A stretch of 55,060 nt of DNA, filler included, from Sphacelaria rigidula (lineage: Eukaryota): the NCBI GenBank assembly GCA_964200075.2. It is 5 parts of 5 records of this genome, joined end to end, with 100 filler letters (N's around TTAATTAATTAA, not from the genome) between each part and the next. Parts side by side here need not be neighbours in the genome. Positions count along the whole stretch, not along the records: positions 22,065 to 32,996 come from CAXNAA020005657.1; positions 33,097 to 44,028 come from CAXNAA020005658.1; 3 more parts are not named here. The stretch is one strand, 5' to 3'. The first letter of the stretch is position 1. Every line of letters starts with the position of its first letter. The notes below the pieces were generated by a model, which worked only from the letters and a program-made list of their open reading frames with translations, did not search any database and was not told the origin of the DNA. Positions 25,401-38,147 of this stretch are shown here, in pieces. The position numbers and the translations under genes are program-made.

Positions 25401-28400
25401 TATGGCCCACTAGAGGGTATTTTATCCTACAGAAAGCCATTTTGCCCCCAGGAGGAACGAAAACGCGATAGTGGGATTTCAAGGGGGGGCTGATCGGCCG
25501 TGTGTACCACCGGGCGTTTCCAATTCCAGGACTGCGACAACCTTGTGCTTTCCTGCAATTCAGAGGCTGAAGAAGGTTCGTCTCGTGGCATACCGCGTCG
25601 AAGTCATATTCATGATGATCGCTGGACTGCCCTTGCGAGGCACAAGCGCGAGTAAATCGCGAACCAAAGCGCAAGGCATGACCACAGTGCCAGACGATAG
25701 TGTTCCGAAACCAGCGAACAAGACCTCTCTTCTCGTGGAGATGAACATGAAACCTCACCATTATTAGTAGTTCCGCTGTCGGTGTCAGTGGTGCTGGTAT
25801 TTATGGTGCACGGTGCCTCTCCGCTGTCGTCGCAGTAGACTCCTGCCTCGATGATTGAGGAACTGCAGCAGTCACCACTATCGAGGCCGGCGCTTCTGGC
25901 CCGTGTCGCACAACCACCCCCGCCGCACGTGCCGCACGCGATCGGACAACATTGACCGTAACCCTCTACACCTTCAATACCGTTCCTGCAAGTATCCGCA
26001 TCGGCGAGCGCCACTGCGAACACCGCGGCATGGGTAGACGGAAAGTGTATATGTGTGTCGGGGTGTGCTCAGGTCAGGCTGTGGAAGGCTAGGACGCGGT
26101 CAGAATGTATTCAGATTGCATTACCTGCGTCGAGCACGCGTGACGATCGCTTGGCAGCGCATATACTGCCAATTCGTTTTATTAATTAGTTCCAACCATC
26201 AAATCATGCGGACACCGACACATCTACCTCCGGGGGCAGCATAGTATTTTCCATCTCAGAGTACTTGTATGAACATGGACACACTCATGCCCAATAATGC
26301 AACGACAGATTGTCAACTCCCGCTATACGCGGTATACGCACACCAGGGGGGATAAAAGTACGACTGTGAACTGTGCCAGTGCATACTGTCGATTAAACTG
26401 GAACTGCGGAGTTAAACTAGAACTGGAGTCAGAATGGAACTGGCCACGAGGGCTCCAGTTTATCTAGTTGATCTGAGGTTTGCCGGCTACTGTGGTTAGT
26501 ACCATTTCCAGTATGATGAATTAACAACGACGATGCTCAAAATCGGGGAACGCATTTTTTATGGATCCCAGCTTGGGCCAAATCGGGGGACTGAAAAATT
26601 GGGGTGTCACGATTTCGGAACGATTGTTCCTGGTTTTGGCGAAAAATCGGGAGAAAAGGGCCCCCCGATTTTGAGGAAGGTGACGTACGTACATTGACGT
26701 GCTATGGTAGGGTAAAAGGCGTTCGATATTTTAGCAACCGCAGCAGAAGACATTCCCGTGACAACGCAGGGCATGCCTGCCCGCGCCAGCTGATGAAGCA
26801 ACTTCGCACGGGGTTTGACAAGCGGGCAGTAAGTGTTGACGCCGTACCCTGCGGCGATGGTATGTTTTATGCTGCACGCGCTGCCATATGTGTCATCATC
26901 ACACACGGTACACTGTACTACTACAGTACAGTATACCTCGTCTGTTGTCGCTGCACTTGCAGGGTGATGTATGGCGCTGCACTACTGAAGTCTTCTCGCA
27001 CACTGTTCACTGTTCTCGCAATACCGACTGTGCCATCGTGTACTATCTCACGCCATTATTATGTGCTGTGATAGTAAGGTGTCCTGCACTGTATTGCCAC
27101 AGGGTTCCACGGTATGACACGGTACTCGAAGGATTATTCACCGCCCGCCTTCTCTTCGGCTTCACGAGTACGCCATACTAGACTCGATGCAGAAAATGAT
27201 TGTGTGCAAAACAATTTCACAAATTAATTGGAGAGACCACTAAACTGTCCCCACGGGTCTGAGTTTCGCAAAATTTCAGGGAGGAATACGTGACACACGT
27301 GACACATTTGAAAAAAAAACGGAAAAAACACAACTTTGGGCCATTTAGCGCCACGTAAGGTTTGCTTTTTTGGACGGGACAAATGCAACGTAACGTGATG
27401 TAACATGTGGAGCTTGAAGCAGTGTCTCTTGGTGTTTTCCATTATGGAAAAAAAAGGCTGTTTTTGTGAGTTTTGAACGTGACACGTGACACGTGACATA
27501 TTCACGAAAACAAGCAGAGTTTTTCTCACATTTTTGGAAAGTAAAACGCAATGCTAGGGTTCATGGGAAGGACCACAAGCCATATCACGTTACGCTACAT
27601 GTATATGTCCCATCCAAAAAAAGAAATCTTACGTAGCGTTAAATGACCCAAAGCTACGTGTTTTCGGATGTGTCACGTTAAAACGTCACGTATCACATAT
27701 CCCTCCCTGCAAAATTTGAGTGCCCCGGTTTTGAAGAAAATGATGTCTCCACAGAATGATGGAGGTTCGTTCCCATGAAAGTCGGTCTTACATCATTATT
27801 ATATAAGGGACTTGGGTCACCCCTACTCTGTTCTAGTAGCTCACTTGCCTTTCCTAGGTTAAAATCAAGTGGCCTGGTTCACCTACTTCAAGACCGAGTG
27901 ACTCGTTTTCGTATAGGAATTAGTGTCATTTTCTATAGTATAGGAAATTGTACGCTCCCAGCGGACCCGAAATCAAGAAAGGGTACAGTGTGGGTCCGGG
28001 ATTTCGTTCTCTGTGTTCGTTACTACACATCAGTATAGTTCTCGGTACAACCGTACCGACAGTAACCAATGCTTACTTGCAGGTAACGTGGCAATTATGT
28101 TTCTTTGATTTCAGATGGCCATCGCATTGTACTTCGTGGTCGCAAATGGGTGGATGGATGGATGGATGGGTGTACGCTGCACCGTAGTGTATTGTACTAC
28201 TGCCATGTGTGCCAAAACGCGGTGACTTCACACGTTGCACGGGTGACTACTAATATATATATATATATATATATCAATGATAGATAAAATGTTCTCCATA
28301 TCCCGCTGTGACACATCACGGTATATCACGAATCAACTTAACGCTGTCATGAAGATGGCAATGTTCACATGAATACTACCACATACTGTTCCCCCCCTAC

Positions 28401-28626
28401 ACCATGCGTGCAGAGGGGACTGCACGGGTGCGAGGGTCATCACTACTCGAAGGAGTCACATTTTTCTGTAATTTTCGTCAATTATCAAGCCTCGCCTATC
28501 TATGTCAGAGCCAAATCTATCCACTTTTTTTGTGCCCCACATGGACGATACTCGGCAATAGTGCTCACCTTGCACAAGCATAGCACAGAGTCTCACGAGA
28601 AGAACCGACGTGATTGCCATCCTCAT
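22495..28626 (-). CDS. 5' part of a secreted protein: signal peptide + Cys-rich domain + EGF-like domain + start of a probable leishmanolysin-like (M8-type) peptidase; exons 28626-28569, 26013-25759, 23054-22938, 22582-22495
   Basis: GT-AG, phase-1 joins: MRMAITSVLLVRLCAMLVQ|VALADADTCRNGIEGVEGYGQCCPIACGTCGGGGC..GDCC..CDDSGEAPC..|ACDANPCGNNGVCSEDPCGGHFCECDSGFGGMACQ..|SLNEFSIEYVFQGDGWTDDRTSVFHDAADR. The peptidase call rests only on the last motif; no HEXXH is in the window. Confidence 0.8.
23437..24317. mobile_element. MITE with about 120-bp TIRs, right TIR interrupted by a nested element
   Basis: CTGGAGCTTTCGTTG..GACGTCACCCACCGTAA..GTACCGAATTTCG (23440-23560) is inverted at 23905-23994 plus 24285-24312. 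Confidence 0.7.
23995..24280. mobile_element. Nested MITE, TIR GACACTTTCTACGATAGCCCC, 4-bp TSD GTCA
   Basis: Perfect TIRs and GTCA on both sides; another right TIR at about 11095-11117. Contains a 10-nt N gap. Confidence 0.8.
24335..24815. repeat. About 480-bp dispersed repeat (possibly solo LTR), homologous to 53880-54345
   Basis: Colinear blocks GGTATCTT..TTCACTCCG, GTGTTTGATCTCTC, CGCATGTGTGTGA.AGAGAACAGTAG, GAGAGAAATCGAT.TT.GCATTGGT. Confidence 0.75.
27277..27709. mobile_element. hAT-like MITE with ACGT/GTGAC-rich subterminal repeats, in intron 1 of the secreted-protein gene
   Basis: TIRs CAGGGAGGAATACGTGA / TCACATATCCCTCCCTG; perfect 8-bp TSD CAAAATTT. Confidence 0.85.
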
Positions 28627-28899
28627 TCTCCTTTTTGTCCTTGCCTGTGTGTCCTTGTTGGTGTTCGAAGCAGATGCTTTGCAGACGTATTTTAGTGCGA
28701 CACTTTCGGGCGGACGTAGCGTTTTGACGGACAGCAGGACGGAGCCGAGGAAAGAGACAACACGAGGAGTACGAGATGAGAGAGGTGTACAGTAGTGAAG
28801 GGGTAGATGGTGAGGAGTGCATGCACAGCAGCTCCATGAATAATTATAGAACATGGCCAGGACACGGCGGTTATTCCACAGACATACGACGGCCGCGAT

Positions 28900-29040
28900 T
28901 GCCCCGGTGGCTCAGTTGGTACCCTCGAAACCTTCTTCTGACGGTTGGGACGTGGGTTCGAACCTTGGTAAAGTCGCACGATCTGGAAACTCTCGTACTC
29001 ACCTTCCACTACTAGCGTAACCCCGGCTGATGCGCCCACG
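28900..29040 (+). mobile_element. tRNA-derived SINE-like head
   Basis: A box TGGCTCAGTTGG (about 28908) and B box GGTTCGAACC (about 28954); no full cloverleaf; 3' limit approximate. Confidence 0.6.
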
Positions 29041-30256
29041 TATACCGAAGAGATGCCGAGTGGCGTCTAGAATAGGTGGGATGTCAACACAACAATACGC
29101 ATACGTATGTCACCACCTTCTTCTACCACAACTGAATGAAGCCATCGTCGCACCAGCAGTGCAGTACACGTTTTGCTGGAAACGAGAAGCGGTTGAGGCA
29201 CACTACCGCGTACCATGGCAGAACGACTAGTCATTCGAGCATTTCGCCCGAAAGAATAATCGCATATACAACCGTGTTGGGGTGCGCCAGCCATTCGGTC
29301 TGGACTCCATCACCTCGTTAATAATATATGACCCCATGTGTAGCCAAACAATCACGGCCTTGCGTGCAAGACATGCCCAAGCTCTCCGAAGCCATCGGAT
29401 TCTCGTTTGGGAGAGCATCATCAACCCATCCGCTAGTAGTAGTGAGGGGCTCTGTGGGCGCGGTTGAGTTGCCCATGCCGAATTCTCAGTCTGAGTTTAT
29501 TTTGCCTGATGAGATATTCTCCGAATGAATCGCCATCAACCCTTGAGCCGCGATGGGAGGCAATCCATCTGTTGAATCAGCAATACAGTGCCGGTCCGCT
29601 CATAAGACACGCTTTAGTAAGAAAATGAACCTCAGATTTTCAAAACAACTAAGGAATTTTCCGTGAAAAAAACTTGAGCTCGAAAGATGAGACACAAAAA
29701 AATGGAGCGGCAGGAAATCGATCGATATAGGGCAACGAAAGGTCGTACGTACGAAGAAAAACTAGGGAAAATGGTTTTGTGAGATGGAGACTGCAGGAGG
29801 ATATGGTTGAGAGTGGGAAGCGGTCAATTAATGAATGATACAGTTTCAGTTCCAAAATACCCCTCCGACTTTTTACATACAGTACGCGTATTTCTGTAGT
29901 AGCCTGCCACTGAAGCCTTGATATCCCCGGGAAAGATGGCGGCAAAGTAAAGCACACACCAAATAAAAAGTTGGTCAAGTTATAGAGCGAACAGTAAAAC
30001 TCACTCTACATCAACGCCAGACGCTCGAACCCACGAAAACGTTGTGTCGGCGTGAGAAACGTGAAGAAATTTCTGGGCTTGGAACAAGAAATAATGATGG
30101 AGCTCGGAAATGGTTTGTGTAATCATCAACTATATAAATGGTACATAATGGTTTGGTTATCGAGCGGCGCGGCCGGAACCACAAAGCCCCCCGGGAAAGG
30201 GGAGCCCGTCGGAGGCGCCCCCGGAGGACACCGCTGGAGGCGCCGTGCCGGGGGCA

Positions 30257-30517
30257 GAGTGATGCTGCGATAGGGTCAGCACTTTTACGGCCTGAGAGTA
30301 GAATTGTGAGGAACCCTTTATCTCATCCAAAACACGACTTTCGAAATAGGTGAGAGTACGCCAGGGTTTTTCTTCCAATTTGCTAGGGATATCCCGAATG
30401 AATTTGCAAACGGGGATATCCTGACCCATATTTTTGTGTACTTCCTAATTTTAGGAACCCCTGAATCAGGCCGGTTTTGGACCCAAGAGTGCAGACCCTA
30501 TCGCAGCATCATCACTC
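30257..30517. mobile_element. Sola-like MITE
   Basis: TIRs GAGTGATGCTGCGATAGGGTC / GACCCTATCGCAGCATCATCACTC; 4-bp TSD GGCA; GAG..CTC termini. Confidence 0.7.
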
Positions 30518-32015
30518 GGCACAATTTTACGCGATTCGGCTTCGCTACAGCTAAAAAATACGCCAAATTTGAGCCAATTTTCAAGGGCGAAACCATAGCG
30601 CACTTGGCCTGGAATTTTGAATAAAAGAACGTAGCTCATTTGTTTCAAGTTTTCATCGAAAAAAGATAGGACTGTCTTTTTTGGTCTTTTAAATTTCGAT
30701 CAAAAAAGAAAAGAAGCGAAGAACCAGCCCAGGACTGATGCTGCATGTTCTGTAGTACTGTTGTACAGCTAGAAGTACAGTAACTCCAGATTTTCGAAAA
30801 TGGTGGACCGCGAGAAGAGTGTAGTCCATCTCGGTCGGGCATAATTTTTTCAAGTGATTTGGATGCCAATTCAACGGATGACCTACTCTTGTTGCCCACG
30901 AGTGATGCCTGACACAGTTTCGCTGCCGAAGTGCACCTTCAGGTCTTCTACCCTGCCTTCCCGTAGTAACTTGCCACTGAGTCCTTTTTTTGATAGCCCT
31001 GAAGATGATATCGGTGTTCAGCCCTACGCATAAAACGCTCGTAGAGGCAATAAAAAGTATAAACAATACGAAAAACGGTTCAACTCTTTCCCAGACAGGG
31101 CAGTGTTCTTGAATCGGCATCACATTCAGCTGTGGAACAGCTTATTATTATTTGAGACCGAGATCACACACCCCTCGCGACCAAAGGATTATATAGCCGC
31201 GTGACCGCGAGGGTAGATCATCTGGGTCATACATCAATTATTTTCCAAGTGAAAACATATTTTTCGATGTCAGTGTGTTCATTAGGTCCCATTCTAACGA
31301 GACAAGAGAAGTAGTGACAACGCGCCGTGGGAGAGTGGAAGTGATTATGGTGGTGTTAGTGATCATTTTGTTTTTTTGCGTCCTCCCAATTGGTTGAGAG
31401 ATGATGGGGCAACCAATTGGAAGGACAATAAAACCAAAAGAAAGACGAGAAACGCCAGAAGCACTCCTCCCGCTCTCACCGCGCGTCGTCCCTCTTTTTG
31501 TCTCGTTAAAACACGGCCTCATTTACGAAGCGCATACACACATCACCGATGGGCATGTACACCACAACTTCACCAGTGGCCCGAGACAAAAAAAATACAG
31601 TGATACGGAGTCGTTCAAAGCAGGAAACGGGATGACCTGCGCCTATATTTTCGATCAAGTCTCGTCGAACCTCTAGCCTCCAAACAACAAGCAAGGGTTG
31701 ATGAGTTTCACGAGAAATCAGCTAGATAGACTCACCCGGGGCAACAAGAACACGTGAGCTGACCGAAATGCCGAACCTTGGACAGAAGAGCGCGGATAGG
31801 TTTGTGCGTGAGTGGGGACGGTAAGGGGAGGGGGGCTCCCTCGGGTTTCACAGTGGCAAGTGTGACAACGAGGTATTACTGGTCCGATATTATTGACCAA
31901 CATGTATGATGTATACCGAGGTATCTCAAACTCGAGATCACCGATGTATCCATCAGTGATTTCCTGGTAAACATACCGAGAAACTCAAGTTTGAGATACA
32001 GTGATCTACTGTTAA

Positions 32016-32450
32016 CCCTTTGACCGCGAGGGCAGATCACCTGCTGCATTGGCATCAATATTCACTTGAACAAAGTATGCGTGATCCAGATGGACTACCC
32101 GCATCGCGGTTAAGGGTTAAATATACTGGGAACCTTGCGGGAACCTCAAGTTTGAGATGCCTGGTTTGCTACGCGAGTGAAACAACCCACACGGTTGTTA
32201 AACTTTCGACCGCGATGCGGGTGGTCCCTCTAGATCATGCATACTTTTTTCCAGGTAAATTGATGCCGATCCAACAGATGACCTACCCTCGCTGAGAGTT
32301 AATTGGTGTCTCAAAGTTGAGGTTTCCGGTGTATTCAACAGTAATTTAACCCTTTGACCGCGACGGTAGATCACCTGCTGCATCAGCATCAATTTCACGT
32401 GTTAAGTATGCGTGCGATCCAGATGGACTAGCCGCATCGCGGTCTAAGGG
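32016..32450. mobile_element. Cluster of three piggyBac-like MITEs (32016-32116 +, 32202-32298 -, 32350-32450 +)
   Basis: CCCTTTGACCGCG..CGCGGT.AAGGG; TTAA on both sides of the first two copies. Confidence 0.85.
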
Positions 32451-34954
32451 TGACGTCAAATATACCGAGAACCTCGAGTTTGAGATACTACTATCCATTC
32501 AGGAATAAATATCGACGAAGTCGGTGCTGCCACTGCCAGAATTTTGTCTCACGGCCGATTGTACGTATTCTCGGGACAATGAAAATAAGGATCAATTTTG
32601 TATGTTACAGGCGTTCTTGGTCGACATATTCGGGCTCTTTTCGCTTGCCACCGATTATCACATTGAGGATCTATCTGAAGATATTTGTATCCGCTCCACA
32701 CTCCGAGAAAAAAAATGGACAATGGCCTAGGAAAGGTATACCTTCTCGTTTTTTGCCTGGGAAATGTACGAAAAATGGCCAGGAACGCGATAACAGCCAA
32801 ACACGCGATTTTGACCGTTTTCGCTCCGGATTTTTCACGCACATCGTTCGGGGGGGGGGGCATTGGCACCCGAGACTCGAAAAAAACGGATAAAAAACAT
32901 GTCCCTTGAGAGATATGGCCACGCGAAAACGGACATAACAGTGTTTCCGTGAGATTGAGAGTAGATGATACGATTGAGAGTGGCTTTGATCATTCGNNNN
33001 NNNNNNNNNNNNNNNNNNNNNNNNNNNNNNNNNNNNNNNNTTAATTAATTAANNNNNNNNNNNNNNNNNNNNNNNNNNNNNNNNNNNNNNNNNNNNGGCT
33101 GATGCACCCACATACACCGACAGGTGCAGACTGGTGCCCAGAATAAATGGGACGACAACACAACAACAACACACATGGAAGAAACGTAATGAGTGCAGGA
33201 ATGTTGAACGTGTCTCTATCAGGAATAGGAACGGTGCTCCGTCTCGAAAGAGGTGCATGGTCAATGGTCAGACGACTGAGGCCAGCAGCAAATGAGTACC
33301 CCCCCCCAGCGTGGGGACTGACTCGAGGGCACTAAGCATCAGTATACATCGGATTCATGGGTGGGGGTGTACATGGTTGACAGAGTGCTCCACTTTGCCC
33401 TTGACAAGGAAAGAAGGAGCGAGGGGGTAGCGCGAAAACTGATACCAATCTTGTCCTATCGGTTGTTGACTCGATTTCTTGCCTTGAAACTTGAGCGATG
33501 CTCCCCAGCTGTATTTCCTGCTCGTATTTCCCGTTGTTTCTTTATTCTTCCCCTTCATCTCGTTGCTATGTTATGTTTTCCCCCCTTTGTTTCCCTCTTT
33601 GGCTTGGCCTTTGGACAGCGTCCCCACCTCAAGCCGCAGGGGGGCAGCGGCGGCGGCGGGGGCGGGGGCTGTCGGGGGTTTCCCTCGAGACCGTCACTAC
33701 CTAGATTTCAACACGATCATTCCTTTGTCTCCTCTCTCGCAACGTTTCGAGCAATACTACGGTAGAGGTTGCTCTCATCGTTTCTGGGTCTCTTTTTGTA
33801 GGAGCCCAAATATATGGCGCTTGCTGTGCAACCCAAATCTCCCGGGACCGGACTCCCAAGAAACATAGTGTTTGCACGCAGGGACTTTAACGTGAATCGG
33901 CATCATTTTCAGTCTTCTTCAAGTAAAAATGATGCCCGTTCTCAAAATGACCCGTCAAACACTCCGAGAAGCCTCGAGACACGTTTCGGCTAAAAAAAGT
34001 GCAACCCCTACCGTAGCACTGCTCTGTTGCTGTATCTTTTTTTTGTTCATTTTTTTTCTCGTGTTTGGCCTCCGTTCTCTCCCTTCTACATTCGTGTTTG
34101 CCCTTTCTCGAGCTCGGTTTACGCAACCGTTTCCGTTCGTTCGTTTACATCGAGTACGTCCATCCTGTCACCACGCCTGAATTCGTGTTGGAACAGTTAA
34201 TGTACAACAGTCGGTCAATCAGTCAGCGTCGGCAACTCACCACTCGTGTCGTGCGAACGAATGCAACTTCAAAGGCGAAATACCCACTACACGTATGTGA
34301 CACATACGACGTGTACAATGTACGTATGTGACACATGAGACGTGTACAAACCCCAACTGCTTGGCATTTCGCACATTGACGAGCACCCATAACTTGTTTT
34401 GACATCAAGATGAAGTATCGAACAACATGAACCGTGAACCGCAGAGGGCTCGACTCGAGGGCGCGTCCTCCATGTCAAGCAAACCTCGAAATCGAACCGG
34501 TCACACTCGGAGAGACAATATTCCGAGGGCGTGTCGGGTAGGGCATATATACACCCGATATTGTGATATTTTGAAAAGTCGCACCTCACCTGCCTAACTC
34601 AACTCACAATGACTTGTACGGGCTTTAGAAAGGACCAGAACAGCACTGGGCGGGCTGCTTGCTGCGACGGGCATGGACCGGGTGTCCACTTTTCAAAATA
34701 CCACAATATGGGGTATACTTTACCCTACACACCCTCGTGATATTTCATGCGTTCCGTACAAATCACGCACCATTCAAGCAGGCACAATATAGAGTGCTCC
34801 ACCTAAGAACACTATGCTCTCAAGGTAGACTGGCCGCTGTGAGAGTAGTGCTCGTGCTATAGGTTTGAGAGTCCAGATTATTACGGGGAAACATTGTTAA
34901 TAGGAATGATGCATGAAAGGACCAAACTCGAGTAGTTTGGGGTCGACTTCAACA

Positions 34955-35390
34955 AACGATAGCTCAGATGAACCGCAAGGTCCACGCGAACAATGGCCAG
35001 CAAAAAAAAAGAAAAAAATGCACACACAAGAAGGTAAGGCCCATTTCATCAATCATTCCAGTCGATGCCCCTCCGATCATGGATTAGGGGTTGAGATATG
35101 GCATGCCATATATACGGCGTGTTGAACGTCAAATCCAATAAACAATAGCTCAGATGAACCGCAACCTCCACGCGATCAACACTCAGCAACAAAAAATCAA
35201 AAAAGAAATGCACACACGAAGGTCAAGTCAATTTCGTGAATTGTTCCAGTCGGTGTCCCTCCGATCATGGATCAGGGGTTGAGATATGTATGGCATGCCA
35301 CATCTCCGGCGTGTCGACGTCAAAATCGACAAACGGCAGCTCAGATGAACAGTAAGGTCCACGCAATCGCTGGTCGGCAAAAACAAAACG
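34955..35390. repeat. About 188-bp tandem repeat (about 2.3 copies) downstream of the transposase
   Basis: AGCTCAGATGAAC recurs at about 34960, 35147 and 35338. Confidence 0.75.
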
Positions 35391-35551
35391 AGAACAACTG
35401 AAAACGGGAGGTAGGGGACATTCACATACCACGGACATGAAAATACGACTCTCTCTTGCACCTCCATCTGCATTCTCATCAATTTCCTCAGTATTATTGA
35501 GGCCACTGTTTCCCCCCACGACCAAAAATCAAAGCAAAAAACAAATGATGC

Positions 35552-37535
35552 TTACGCTTCCGCGTTATCATCACCCTCCCCTGTCAACAAATCAGGGCAC
35601 TCTCCAGTCATTCTCGACTCAATTTGGGCCGCTACCCCATCGTTCTCCACCACCACTTTGTTGTCGACGGCGTCTTCGTCATATCCGATCGGAGTCTTCA
35701 AGGAACGAACGCTTCCACCGAGTACCGTGTCGTTTTCGCTCCACTCGTCCATCTCCTTCATGGCATGCTTGACCAGGTTGCCACAATTGGCCGCTTTCCA
35801 ACCCCCCTCCTGCCCTTTCCATTCGGGGTCCCCGTACCACCCCTTCCGAATCTGCTCCCATATCCCGTCTATTTTGCTCTTGGTATCAAACCAGAAGCTC
35901 ACGTACTGGTTGCCGTGCTGCCAGAACAACTCGATCAGCTGAAAGCTGGGCGTGCAAGGTGGAGCCCAGATCAACTTCGCTCCTCGCGGGTTCATATGCC
36001 GCTCCACTTTTTCCAGGAGCTTTTCGGAGCGGTGAACCTGAAAGTACGCCCGCGTAGCCAGCGCAATTTCCTCCTTACTCACATCGTTGCCGCATTCAGA
36101 GTTGACTTGCGGGAACACATCGCCAGGCTCTCGCACCTCGATGTTGCGCGTCGTGGTCACCATAACGCCGCTGCTGTTCTTCTTGGCGCGCTCCACCTTG
36201 ATCGATGATACCCCGTACTTTGCAACAGCTCCGTGTTAAACTTTTTGCTGTTGGACTCGGGTACCTTCACCTCCTCGTCAAACCCATGGTGGTTCGACGC
36301 GTTGTCGAGGGCCAGGATCATCTCCTTGTCGCCGACTACTTTCTTGAAAGGCAGGCGTGAGGCGATTCTGAAGCCAATCCATGAACATTTCGTTCGTCAT
36401 GGCGTCGTGATAATCACCCTTGCCGTTTTTCGCCTGCCACAGGCACTCTGCCGTTGGCACGTCGCTTTCTCGTTGAGATGGCTGATGCCATCGCGGAGGA
36501 AGATGACGAACAAGCAGTACTTGTTTGCATGGACGAAAGCTTTGTCCACCAGCTGCGCGGCTCGGCTTTATCGTACTTTTTCACAGACGAAGGAGGCATC
36601 GTGCAGGACGGGATGGGGCGGTCATCAGGCAAGGGTCACAGGATGATCATGGTTCATGCCATCACCAAGCACGGCCCGTTGGGAACCCGGAGGAATGGTC
36701 ATTTTCCAATTCCGGAGGGCCCTTTCACACCTAAGGCGAACGGCAGGAGTAATCCCTTACCCTCCTCCTGCCGTTCGCCTTGGGTGTGAAAGGGCCTTCC
36801 GAAATTAAAAAAGACCATTCCCGCAGGTTCCCAACGGGCCGTGCTTGGTGATGGCATGTCTCTCCAGCCCTTACCCTCCCCCTGCCGTTCGCCCTAGGCG
36901 TGAAAGGACCCTCCGAAATTGGAAAATGGCCATTTCCGCGGGTTCCCAACAGGCGGTGCTTGGTGATGGCATGTCTCTCCAGCCCTTACCCTCCCCCTGC
37001 CGTTCACCCCAGGCGTGAAAGGGCCCTCCGGAATTGGAAAATGACCATTCCCGCGGGTTCCCAACGGGCCGTGCTTGGTGATGGCATGAACCATGATCAT
37101 CCTGTTACCCTTGCCTGATGTCCGCCCCATCCCGTCCTGCACGATGCCTCCTTCGTCCGTGAAAAAGTACGATAAGGCCGAGCCGCGCAGCTGGTGGACA
37201 AAGCTTCCGTCTATGCAAACAAGTACTCCTTGTTCGTCATCTTCCTCCGCGATGGCATCAGCCATCTCAACGAGAAAGCGACGAATACGTGCTTTCCGGG
37301 TCTCGTTCATGGGAGGGATTTCGATCCTTCCCCGCCGGCGCCTGTACCCAAGCCTGTACAGCAGGGCCCCCACCGCGCGGTTTGACCTTTTCGTGCCATA
37401 CTTGTCCTCGATCCACTCTCCGACTGTGCGCCTGGAGACTTGCTGCCCTTTCTCATCCATGCTGGAGATGTAGCCGTTCAGTTCGACGCACTGTTTGTCG
37501 TCGATTACCTTCCGCTTATCCCCCACACTCCGCAT
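35552..37535 (-). pseudogene. Decayed IS630/Tc1/mariner-type (Sailor-like) DDE transposase
   Basis: Motifs LYRLGY, VC(M/I)D(E/G)SFVHQ, GKG.RMIMVHAIT, GDYHDAMTNEMFMDWLQNRL, ILALDNASNHH, WAPPCTPSFQLIELFW; frameshifts near 36350 and 36220; rearranged at 36460-36990. Confidence 0.85.
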
Positions 37536-37726
37536 TGCACCTCATCCGCCCCCAGATGTTGAGCGCAGCTCTTTTTTCTCGAACCAATGCGCCTGAATCT
37601 GAAATCCGAGCGGAAACAGTGCAACGAAGAGCTCCAGTTATGCTGTACTTGTGTAATAGTCGAGGATTCGCACCCAATCACGGCGGTCATGTGCAGAATG
37701 AAATGCGACATCTAAAATTCATCATA

Positions 37727-37856
37727 CCCTGGACAAGCGATAGAATCGTCGAAAAATATACTGCTCACAATGTCGAGTATTAGTTTTACTACAGCAGATG
37801 ATAGATGACGTACTGTGCGCAGTACATTTTTTGACAATGTAATCCTTGTCCAGGGT
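37727..37856. mobile_element. Small MITE-like inverted repeat
   Basis: ACCCTGGACAAG..AAAAAT.TACTGC / GCAGTAC.TTTTT..CTTGTCCAGGGT. Confidence 0.55.
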
Positions 37857-38147
37857 GTGATATAACTCCCCTACAGACACCGGCGCAGTACAACACGGTA
37901 ACGGAAGTCCAGTACAACGAACAATGTAAGCAGTGGAGTACACGCCCTACAGACCGCACGGCCCAGTACAGTGTTGTATACGCAGTATGATTGAGTACAG
38001 AAAAAGCAGCGCAATGCAGCGCTACAATACGGTACACGGAAAAGTTGATGCGGAGACAGACAGTACAGTACACAGTGTAATCGAGCATGCAATATGGTCA
38101 GTTCAAATATTACGGCAACAGGCTGTTGTGTAGTAAGATGAGCTTAC

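Noticed and set aside
28900..28975. tRNA gene
   Set aside because: Has A and B boxes but no convincing acceptor or anticodon stems; called SINE-like instead.
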